DNA of 64,000 nt from Tubiluchus corallicola (taxonomy: Eukaryota > Animalia > Priapulida). This document shows, in pieces, positions 39,480-49,919 of this stretch. Position 1 is the stretch's first letter; each line of letters begins with the position of its first letter. The notes beneath the pieces were generated by a model, which saw only the letters and a list, made by a program, of their open reading frames with translations, was not told the origin of the DNA and did no database searches. The DNA is taken from assembly GCA_030141605.1 (NCBI GenBank), contig JAQGDQ010000585.1, forward strand, positions 71,436-135,435, read 5' to 3'. The position numbers and the translations under genes were made by a program.

Positions 39480-40280
39480 TACAACTATGCTTTACCAAGA
39501 AATGCAGATTCACTCAATGGTTTTGTATTTATGCCAACATAGTTCTTGCATCTTCGGTTGCATTAATTTCATCCACTAGGGAACTGAGTGTCTGAGAGAT
39601 CTCTGGTTTTATTGATGCAAGGGTGCTTGTACGTAATTCGGCTCCGTAATGTTGCTTCACTAATTTGTGTGGATCCTTAAATCCTGTGAATTTGTGTAGA
39701 TCCTGTGAAGAAGTTGTAACCAAATCAAAACAATGTAATTTTCTAGAGGGGGGGGAGTAGTTTCCAAATCGCATGATGGTTGATGGCCCTCTACTCTTGA
39801 GTAAATTATCTACAAGAGAGGCCATGATTCTCTGAGATAAATCTTCTAAACGCTCAAGGGGATCTAATTTTATGTGCGAAAAATCCAAAACTGTGCACCA
39901 AAATATTTGTTCTAAGAAGGTAGAATTTTTGACAATTGTGTTACGTGATACAACAGGACAGTAGTTTGCTATTTGACCAAATGGTAATTCTAGGACAGTT
40001 GCCTTTTGTTCGGCAGATCTGCGTTGGTCTAGAGGTACATGATTATCATCATTAGTCAAACCCCGCAAAGGGTTATCTCTAGTCTCTGTTTTACTCAGAC
40101 ACCACAGCTTGAGTACACGATGTGTGCTTGCCAATACAATAACTCAATGTATCAACGAAGCCAGGAGCTTAAATTCCTGGACAGCTGGCCACTATTGTGC
40201 AGATATCTGTTGCAACACGCTTTCCACTCGTTGAACTCGCCTGCGATACGCTACGTGTCGTAATTACGCTGCCGGCGTAC
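39480..40280 (-). mobile_element. Gypsy-type LTR retrotransposon gag remnant (internally deleted)
   Basis: NPLRGLTND...QKATVLELPFGQIANYCPVVSRNTIVKNST...LDFSHIKLDPLERLEDLSQRIMASLVDNLL...[29 protein letters not shown] matches a gag family I recognise from marine invertebrates. Confidence 0.7.
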
Positions 40281-40707
40281 GATTAAAAGGGAAACAGCAA
40301 ATTCCATCAGCTAAAATTATCGTAAAAAATTGTCATATACTTTAAATTTGAAATAGCTAGGTCTCCCTCTCAAGAAATAAAAATATTTGGCGTCTATAGG
40401 TTATAACATTTCATTTGCAAAGGTAAATAATTATTGTTGAAGATAATGAGCATTTTATCAGTAATTTGACTTAACTGGTAACTAGAACAATCAATTCCAT
40501 GTTCATTAGATATTAACATACTAAGTTACATACAATAATTGAAGTTGAAAGATACTGAACTTGCCGTTTACAAATGTGACTACTAGTTTTTGTTTAAATT
40601 TTGGAAATGTTAGACCTGCAAAATGTTATTCACTTAGTTCACAACTTCTTCACTTTTACCTTTTCCATATTACGTGTGCGATTTTACCTATATTCTTAAT
40701 CAAAGTC

Positions 40708-41347
40708 CTGAGTAAAAGAGTTCGGTTACTGTTTATTTATTCTTGTGGTTAAAGCTGCTTGCTGATTATTGTTGTTTATAGAGTGGCGTGTGAGGTAGCC
40801 ACGACGGGCATGGCAAACTATCAAGACTTTATTAAACAACAAACACAACACAGTAAATGTAATAGGATAGTAATACCAGCCCTCCGTGTTCAAGTCAGCT
40901 CCTAATCTTCCCCGAGGTGCGGGCATCAAACACTTTTGACTAATTCTCTAATGCGCCGTGAGCTTCTGCGCATAAGGGTTTCATCATCCTGAGTTAACCA
41001 GTCGAAGATCGGCTGGTCACGTGATGCCACACCTAATTAGGCTTCTTGTCAAGCATTTGATCCGGAGTTGTTAAACGGGCATGGCAAACTATCAAGGCTC
41101 CATTTAATCTGGCTTGAAGACGGAGGGTTGGCATTGCTATCCTCTTATATTTACCATGTTGTGTTTAATAAATATATATTTAATAAATATATTATTAAAT
41201 ACATATATTTAATAAATGTGTTGCTCATTAAATACAGTCTTGATAGTTTGCCATGCCCGTCGTGGTTACCTCACACGCCACGCTATAAACAACAATAATC
41301 AGCAATCAGCTTTAACTACAAGAATAAACAAACATTAAGCGAACTTT
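40708..41347. mobile_element. Foldback-type MITE with ~200-bp imperfect inverted arms
   Basis: tggcgtgtgaggtagccacgacgggcatggcaaactatcaagac at ~40784-40827 is mirrored at ~41236-41280; inner arms also inverted. Confidence 0.8.
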
Positions 41348-41608
41348 GTGTGCGCTAATCTAAATATACGTCATAACAATTATTATAGAATGCATTCTTT
41401 AGATTTGGAATCAAGATAAAATGTTTGAATAGATATTGTGAACTTGCATTAAAATTTATAGCGTTCTATTGTTAAAAACCACCAAATCTATTGGAAGAAA
41501 AGAAGAAATCCTTCACGCAAGAAAGAAATTATTAATCTTTTAGTATTGTTTACAGACGTCACAGATTATTTTAAACAAATTTCGGATATTTGCTGAAACA
41601 GAAAGATC

Positions 41609-42886
41609 ATGTGGCTTGCTGCTGCTTGCTTCTCAACTTTGGTTACTGTTTCCCTATCAACGTTTTGCGGACAAACAATTCCAGGCTGCACCATCGATAA
41701 ATTACGAGACAAATGCACAGTAGACTGCAAAGGAATAGCTACAAAAAGTGAACTTGCAAACGTAGATAATGAATTGGGCAATTTAGATGATGGATTCTAC
41801 GAAGTTAAAATTGAGAATTACGCAGGAACTGAGTTGCCTGACAACTTTTTTCAAGGAAAGCAATCGCCAGACAGCCTTTTGCATATAAGACAGGGCACAT
41901 TACAACGTTTAGAAGAAAATTCGATAAATGGTCGTTTAAATAAGGTGCGGATTGAAGGTACGCCACTTGACTATATACATCTAAAAGCTTTCAAGAGTAC
42001 AAAAGTTGACTATATTTATATCGAGACTAATTGGCTGTCTGGAACCATTGAACTTGACTTCTCGGATAATCCGCACTTGGTCGAGGTGTTTTTTGATTCA
42101 AATGGAGTTGAAGGACTCAAGCCCTTTAAACTTCACAAAGACCTTCAACCTACAGATGTGGTGTTTAAATTTCACGGTAAGTTGACGGTAGGTTTTCGGT
42201 TTAACGACGTTTAACGGTAAGTTTTCAAAAATAATTTAACACAAGACAGTATTACTATTTTGCAAGGAGTATTATAATTTTAAGCTGGTATTTCACATAT
42301 TTGACATCCTGCTGTCATGACACAACCAAGATGAAAATCAGATGGAAAAAATTTGGCTTCCACCAAAGAAATATCGTATAAAGCAGTATTTTCTTGAACC
42401 TGGTAACCCTTTATAAGCTATAGGTGGTATCACTAAAAACATTTAAGATTGAGTTATGCAAGAAACGTACATAAGTGAAGCCTTAGCTGAAAGTGATAGT
42501 GTATACTCTTGCCAGTCTACTTAGTGAGTTGATGTAAAGTTGAAACTGTATTTCTCTGATTAAGTGACCTCTATCATAGCTGACTGCCAGTGTAATGTAG
42601 TTTTGACTTTAATATGTTTTTAACTTCTAGATGAAATTTTGTCTTGCAACTGCGACTTAAAATGGATTATGGAACCCCCATGGGCAAGTGCGCAAAATTG
42701 CATTGACTGCTTGCGTCCTAGCCATGTAAAGTGTGCTAAACTTGGAAATATTGATTGTGTACCAACAATGACGACGACGACAACAAAAACAACAACAAAA
42801 ACACCAACAACGACGACGACCACGACCACAACGACGACAACCACAACAACGATGACAATAACAACAACAACAAGAATAACAACAAC

Positions 42887-42922
<36 letters not shown>

Positions 42923-43310
42923 AACGAGCACAAGGACGACAACAATGACAGCAACATCAATAGCAACAAACACAACAGCAACGAAAACAACAATATCGAC
43001 GATTACAACAACAATGACAAGAACCACATCCGTGACCATGACAGAAATAACAACATCAGACACAACAACTCCAGACTCGCGTACGGTAGGATCCAGAATC
43101 ATATCAGGTATCACAGTTAGTATCCTGATAGGCTCACCAATATTGATGGGACTGCTGTTGTTAATTGCAAGAAGAAAAGTAAATGACGAAGATAACAGTG
43201 CAACTGGAGAGCTGCAAAATGTAACACAAGAAAGTGAACAACCCCAAACTTCAGAACTGGATAATGGGCAGGATACTGTCAAATCAGTTACAGATATTAA
43301 CATAGACTGA
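41609..43310 (+). CDS. Type I membrane protein: signal peptide, LRRNT, degenerate LRRs, LRRCT, Thr-rich mucin stalk, TM helix, short acidic tail
   Basis: Exons 41609-42176 (donor cacg|gtaagt, phase 1) and 42631-43310 (acceptor ttctag); CTVDC N-cap, LHIRQGTLQRLEENSI / VRIEGTPLDYIHLKAF LRR-like units, SCNCDLKW LRRCT, poly-Thr, hydrophobic IISGITVSILIGSPILMGLLLLI followed by ARRK. Confidence 0.8.
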
Positions 43311-43346
43311 AAAATCTAAGAATTCTACAAAAGGTGTCGGTCACAA

Positions 43347-44001
43347 TGCTGTTTATATACAATGCTTGCATAAATTAAATCTACTGGTTGTTTATATACA
43401 ACGCTTGTATAAATTAAATCTACTGGCTGTTTATATACAACGCTTGCATAAATAAAATCTACTGGTTGTTTATATACAACGCTTGTATAAATTAAATCTA
43501 CTGGTTGTTTATATACAACGCTTGTATAAATTTAATCTACTGGCTGTTTATATACAACGCTTGCATAAATAAAATCTACTGGTTGTTTATCTACAACGCT
43601 TGCATAAATTAAATCTACTGGTTGTTTATATACAACGCTTGCATAAATTAAATCTACTGGTTGTTTATATACAACGCTTGCATAAATTAAATCTACTGGT
43701 TATTTATATACAACGCTTGCATAAATTAAATCTACTGGTTATTTATATACAACGCTTGCATAAATTAAATCTACTGGTTATTTATATACAACGCTTGCAT
43801 AAATTAAATCTACTGGCTGTTTATATACAACGCTTGCATAAATTAAATCTACTGGCTGTTTATATACAACGCTTGCATAAATTAAATCTACTGGTTGTTT
43901 ATATACAACGCTTGCATAAATTAAATCTACCGGTTGTTTATATACAACGCTTGTATAAATTAAATCTACCGGTTGTTTATATACAACGCTTGTATAAATT
44001 A
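43347..44001. repeat. 39-bp minisatellite, ~17 copies
   Basis: Unit gtttatatacaacgcttgcataaattaaatctactggtt; generates the spurious ORFs 43600-44088 and 43778-44008. Confidence 0.95.
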
Positions 44002-45299
44002 GCTTCATGTTTTACGTTTCATTTTTATGATAGATCAATGAACATCGGATCTGTATCATGTTTTCCTGCAATATTTAATATTTGGTAGACTCGTGTCTGT
44101 GTCCTGGTTTCATTAGGTACCAGGCTTCTCGACTTCCCTCATTCATTTTGCACTTATCCGTCTTTGATCCGTAGTTTTTTTACTTTTCTTTAATTTGTTG
44201 CCTTTTTCATAGTTTTACATTAATGAATATATTTTGCATTATAATTGTATTTATGCATTTCATTTTGCAGTTTCTGAGAAACGTTTCATGACTAACAGAC
44301 TTACTAACCTTTGACTAGGGTCTAGTTCCTATTCTGCTAAACAGCACCTTTCCTACACGCCAGTAAACAGCTACCGATATTAAACTATAAACATAGTGAC
44401 ATTGTCACAAAAAACATTTTTGATTAAATATTATAAGAGGCAGATAAAAATATAAACAATACAAGGTTGCAAAAAAGTCACGATTTACAGGCAAAAAACA
44501 GAATTCAAACAGCTTGCCAGTTAACTAGTTAATTAGCTTTTACGTTTCTCCAAATTAGACACATACAATTGTTAGATTGTGACATTATAGCTAATTTTTG
44601 GTTTAACTTTATTCAAACAATCATGTCTTACCAAAAAACAAATCACCGCTGGCTCTAGGAAAATCACCAAAATTAGTCCACGTTATGACTTCAAACACTT
44701 CACATTTCCTGAAGTAGTTAGAGGGACACATGGAGATGGAAATCTTGGTATCTTGATAGATGTAATTTTTCTTGATTCTCCAGAGATAGTCGGAGAAATT
44801 CCAGTTTTGGATAATTTTGCTGAGAACTGTTGCAGCTACTGTTGAACCACATGGGACCAAAAAAGTCGATGAAGGAAGTATCCCGTTTCTCCTGTGGTTC
44901 AAGATAGCCCATGCCAAGTCTAGGTTTGAAATAGAGTTTTTTTTCATGTCATGCGTGTAGTCTCCAACAAGGCCAAATTGTTTGTGTGACTTTTTATAGA
45001 ATCTTTCTCCTTCAAATCATCACTTACTGGCACATCTGTTAACCTCAAATCCATGGTCATAATTAGAGGATTACACACGTTCTGAATACGGATGGACCTA
45101 AGTGGTAGATGGATGCGATTTGTCGACTCATTGAGCACGGGAGCTATGTTAAGTAGCAAAACTAGATAAAAATTGTTGCTAGTTCTGTTGCTCTCATATT
45201 TTGAATATCATTTGGCCCATTGTTTGCAACAATCATCCCAATTCCCGTATCCTGTATTAACCACATTTGTTTGTTGTCAGTCACCCTGGATATGGATGA

Positions 45300-45705
45300 T
45301 TTCGAGATGGGATAAATTTTCCGCTAGGAGACAAAACCCTAAAAATGGGGGTCGGGAACAGAAATGCATCACCTGTCTTGGAATAGTACCGCGTAGCATA
45401 TCAAATGAAAGGTCTTGATGAGGCGAGTCGAATGGCAAAGGTTACAATGAGAATAGTTAACCCGATACCCGCTAGGGGGGAAAAACCGAAAAATGGGGGC
45501 TGGGAACAGAAATGCATCAAGTATCTTGGAATAGTTACTTGTAGCATATCAAATGAAAGGTCTTGATGAGGCGAATCGAATGGCAAAGGTTACATTGTAA
45601 ATTGCTAATTTGAGACCCAGTTAGGGGCAAACTATGGATCAATGAGACAATTGCCTTCCAGGGTCTACCAAAAGTAGCTTGTTGTATATTAAATGAAAGG
45701 TCTCA
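45300..45705. repeat. ~150-bp tandem units of an interspersed repeat (atatcaaatgaaaggtcttgatgagg motif)
   Basis: Two near-complete units (~45316-45450 and ~45467-45595) plus a partial third. Confidence 0.7.
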
Positions 45706-46029
45706 GTGAGACAAATTGAACGTTATGCCGGGATTGTTTACCTTTGACCCTTGGCTGATTGGCCGAACAGTTAAATGCTGAGATTTCATTGCGAACTGCA
45801 CTTTGAATGTATTCAAGTAATTACATGAAAGAAAATAAGCACTTTCAAAGAAGGCTGTCATCTCTTCATCTTTAAGGCTGAATTTTACAACAAATGTTGG
45901 CAAAATCTTCAGTTTCTGATCACGTCAAAAACATTGTCAACTAGCTTAAACTGAATTCTATTATCATCAATAACAACTAAATATAATAAACAATACAGTC
46001 TGTTAAAAACCAATGAGAAAAACTATAAA

Positions 46030-47368
46030 CTATTTAGCACTTGATTCGCAGATGAAAGAGAACATTGCAAAACAATCTCTATCGTTCCAACGATAACCAC
46101 GACGGTGTGGCATCATTATACAGTGCTCTCTTCCCAAATGATTATTTGGTTCCTGGTCGACTTCCTGGTCCCAGTTAGGCAATAGACAAGGTTGGCCGTT
46201 GGATATCCACCTGAAGTCACCCTCGTGATGTTGGTCTGTTCCACCATTCCAGACAAACATCATCTCTATACAAAAACACGTTTGTCAATCAGCAGGGATC
46301 GAGGATCTAGTTTCGTTTAAGGAAGAAATTGGAAAATTAGGTTACAAGCACAAGAAAACCCTCGACTTACATAAAGCTTAAAAAATTAGTCTTGAAATTT
46401 TATACCACTTACATACTATCTTTTCGTATGCACCGTAACGCTGTATAAAACGTGTAAATTTAATCTCCCGCGATGACCGTTCGACGCAGCCATTTTAATG
46501 GTAGGTCGTTCGAAAAAAGTTTAGATAACATTAAGTAAAGTTTGAAAAAATAATCAGAGCATTCGTGCTATACATGTTGCTAATTAAGTAAAATTTTAAA
46601 TTACTGTACCTTGTCAGTAAGATTAAAAATACGTTTTTGATTAGTGAGTGGCACACCCATCCATCCGGTGCCTAAATCCCTTTTATTTCAGGGCGAGTAG
46701 CAATGTATATTGTACTACTAGGCTTTTTAAAATAATATGATTTGTACTCGAAAATGCTAAGGCGCACACATATGCTTGCTCTAATGATGCTCTAATGCCC
46801 TGGAGGGTGGATCAGCGACATTTTACCAACTGGAACAAACATTTTAAATGATTAATCTAGTTACATAAGTTTTTCCAGCAGGTAAGCGAAATGCTAAGTG
46901 CACGAAAAGTTTTTTGGGGTCATAATTTAACATTGCCTTTTTGCCCTGATTTACGTGGCGTAGTGACGTCATGTAATGGCGCCGTCCGAACAGTATTGCT
47001 GGAGATTTGAAATGGAAACAAACGAAAATTTCTTTCAACGCGAATGCAATATGTGCATAAAATTGCTGTAAAGTCGTCTGATTTTTTAGGGCAATTTTTC
47101 TTGTCCTTTACGTAAATTTAGCAGCAAATAGGTCCTGGCATACCACTTTGAACAGCAATTTTCTTGACAATTTTTGGTCAAATCAAATAGGATTTGATGA
47201 GGTCAGCTTGGTCAAAATGCTGTTGTGAATTTCAAACCGTGTAACGTCAGTTAAACGTAAAGAAATCCGTAACTCATTGCCCATGCTTAGAGGTCAACTT
47301 TTCTCTGTAAGCCAACATATTGTGCAAGAATTACTAATTGAGTGTCTCTGTATAAATGTATTAATAAA

Positions 47369-47462
<94 letters not shown>

Positions 47463-47904
47463 GACTGCCATGTCATTGAGTCTTCAACACTCTTCAAGAC
47501 TAATTATCCAGTGTAATGTTCTTAATATAATTGTAATAAGCTTCACAAACGAAGATCTGCTAGATTATGATTGTTCATCAGACTCTATTACAACAGAGTG
47601 AAAAATTGTAGCTAACTTTAAATACGTGCCATTCGTACTCAGGTAGTCGATTATAAACTGATTTTCTGCGGCCGTCTCTATGGCAACCAATTCACTAGCC
47701 GCCATTTTGCAAATCATCATAGCTTTCCACCAGGTAACAGCTTCTTTGTGAAACGTGTAGCATTTTCCATTATAATATTCTCCATCATTTGGGCAACAAG
47801 TGGTCTAAAAGCAAACATGAAAAGTTTTTACTGTATTCAATTATTAAAAATGAAAATTAAATTCATTTCAAATTTAAATATATTTTGCTCATAGTGTGTG
47901 TGTG

Positions 47905-47972
<68 letters not shown>

Positions 47973-49399
47973 TGTGTGTAGTATGCGTGCGTGCGTGTGT
48001 GTGTGTGTGTTCTTGCATAGGAAAGTCGTCCACAAGACGGCAATTGAGCTTTTCGAGTTATTCACACATCCCGAATCTCCATTTCACGAGGATCATTTTG
48101 ATACCAAGTTCATCGCTCTATGTAATTTCTAAGCTGAAATAATCCACGTTGAAGTTGAGGTGCAGGTTACACACCAAAAAACATAACCTTGAGAAAATCA
48201 CTGTCAAAGTTAGCCATTGTTTTTTGTGGTGTTTCTACACAACACTTAGAAACCGTACGAAAGTGCGGTTGCTACGGATTTTGCAAGAGCAATTTGCATT
48301 ATGTTGTGTTTAAATTGAGCAGATGGCTCTTCCTGATGAAGATCTGGGTTTGGCAACAGAAAAAACTGGAAGCAAAATGGCTGCTTTGAAGAACTACAAT
48401 CGGAGTTTGAAAAAGTTTTTTTACAATTGCAGTACTAGTTCGTAGTTTCTGGCCAGAAAAGCGGACAAGGAGCTAAAAAATTGTATTTTTAGTGTGTTTT
48501 GAACATTTTCCTGATAATTTGTTTCGCGCTTGTTTTTATAAAAAACAAAAAATTCACATTAGAAACTTTTGGTACATTCTATTTTGACACATCATAAATT
48601 AGTTTTAACTACGCTGACTTATGGACGATTTTGGTTTGCAAGTACACATATAATGCTGGTCACTAAGTCATGTGAGAAGCATCATGGTTATTACTGAGTA
48701 TTCTTCCAAAACTTTTATTTGTTTACGCAAGAGATATTTTGCTAGCAAACATGTAAATAAGCTACACTTAAAATAAATAATGATTGATTTAAGACCTTTT
48801 CCCTTCGCAAAGAAGTTGTTGTTTTTAATGTATTGTCTCTCCAAACTTCAAATTGATAGTAACCTGAACTGGTATTAAAATCATTACTACTTTGCTTCTC
48901 TGGTTCTCTTGATCAAATTGTTAGTGTTTGCTTTAAGTATGTTTGGATACTACCAGTCTACTCTTGGTTTATTGGTTTATTGATTTATTTTCGTTTTGCA
49001 TGATTTGCATGATATTGCTTTTTCTACATCATTTTCTATATGTTTGCCATCTATTTAACTTTAGTTAATTTTTTGCCCATTATTTATTACTTATTTTTAT
49101 GTTTATATAATTTATTTATATATAATTATGCTCATCCGCCGTCTAGAGGTTGGCAGTTTCACTAGTCAAGGACGGCAGATTAGATGACTATTTTGATCAT
49201 TCGTACTACGGCCCTTCCTTTAGATGTTGTTGAATGTTGCTATTGTTGTTTTTTTTTTGTATTTATTTGGAAGGCAAATAAAATGAATTATTCGTATTCT
49301 TACCGTGTTATTGTTGCTGGACCCATTCTCAGTGCCTGCACTTGGACCACACAAAGTGAGTAACAGTAACAGTGAGCCCGTCAGTAAACCAATCTTCAT
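46030..49399 (-). CDS. Secreted single-domain C-type lectin (EPN/WND; perlucin-like)
   Basis: Exons 49399-49304 (signal MKIGLLTGSLLLLLTLCGPSAG), 47804-47639 (CCPNDGEYYNGKCYTF...TWWKAMMIC...LVAIETAAENQFI), 46265-46030 (WNGGTD...EGDFRW...EPNN...EHC...WNDRDC...FICE*); phases 0 and 1. Confidence 0.9.
46342..47110. mobile_element. MITE family C, copy 2 (empty site for the hAT insertion)
   Basis: Colinear with 27121-27471 plus 28097-28437; reads atcagcgacattttacc across the insertion point. Confidence 0.75.
47370..47461. repeat. (AAT)n microsatellite
   Basis: ~30 perfect units. Confidence 0.95.
47894..48010. repeat. (GT)n microsatellite abutting a MITE terminus
   Basis: Read directly; runs into the gtgttcttgca TIR of MITE family B. 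Confidence 0.95.
48004..48649. mobile_element. MITE family B, copy 2 (inverted)
   Basis: Reverse complement of 6609-7267; ORF-track peptides MRKLLLKLAIVLCC (6901-7107) and MRKSLSKLAIVFCG (48189-48389) reflect the homology. Confidence 0.8.
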
Positions 49400-49919
49400 T
49401 GTAGAGAACAAGTCTTGTCGATTTCTCGCAATCCACGTGGCAGTAATTATCATAAACATACCAATGAAAGAAACAATATTAAAATTTTTATTCCATATAA
49501 GTTACAGAATAATTTGGACAATGATTTTCGATTGTATCTAGGAACAATGGCAGCTAAATGCAAAATATACCAACCCTTAGTTGCTCTTCGGAGCAACAGA
49601 AACATCAGAACGCTCTTTAAATGTTAGCAAATATTCAATACTTGCAGATTAGTACAGTTGCTAAAATTAACACTTTTCATTTGGTGTAAGGTATGCTAAA
49701 TATCAATGTTGCTATTCTCGAGATGTGTAAGTGGTATGTGCTTTGTTAGTTGTGATGTCACGATAAATTTAAATCTAAATCTTGCTTGTTTCCAAAATGC
49801 TGTTACACATTTTAAAAATGCACCAGATATTGTTTGTTATCATCTTATCCTCACGACAATTACTGTTTTATAGTTTGCTGTCAAATCATGAAGGCTTGTT
49901 TTCATAATTCATTGCGATA

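Noticed and set aside
42620-43303. Val-rich, Asn/Asp-rich and Ser/Leu-rich ORFs in other frames
   Set aside because: Shadow frames of the Thr-rich stalk exon
43600-44088. 162-aa repetitive ORF
   Set aside because: Translation of the 39-bp minisatellite; no ATG start or splice context
47277-48142. Poly-Asn, poly-Leu, (CV)n and (TH)n ORFs
   Set aside because: Translations of (AAT)n and (GT)n microsatellites inside lectin introns
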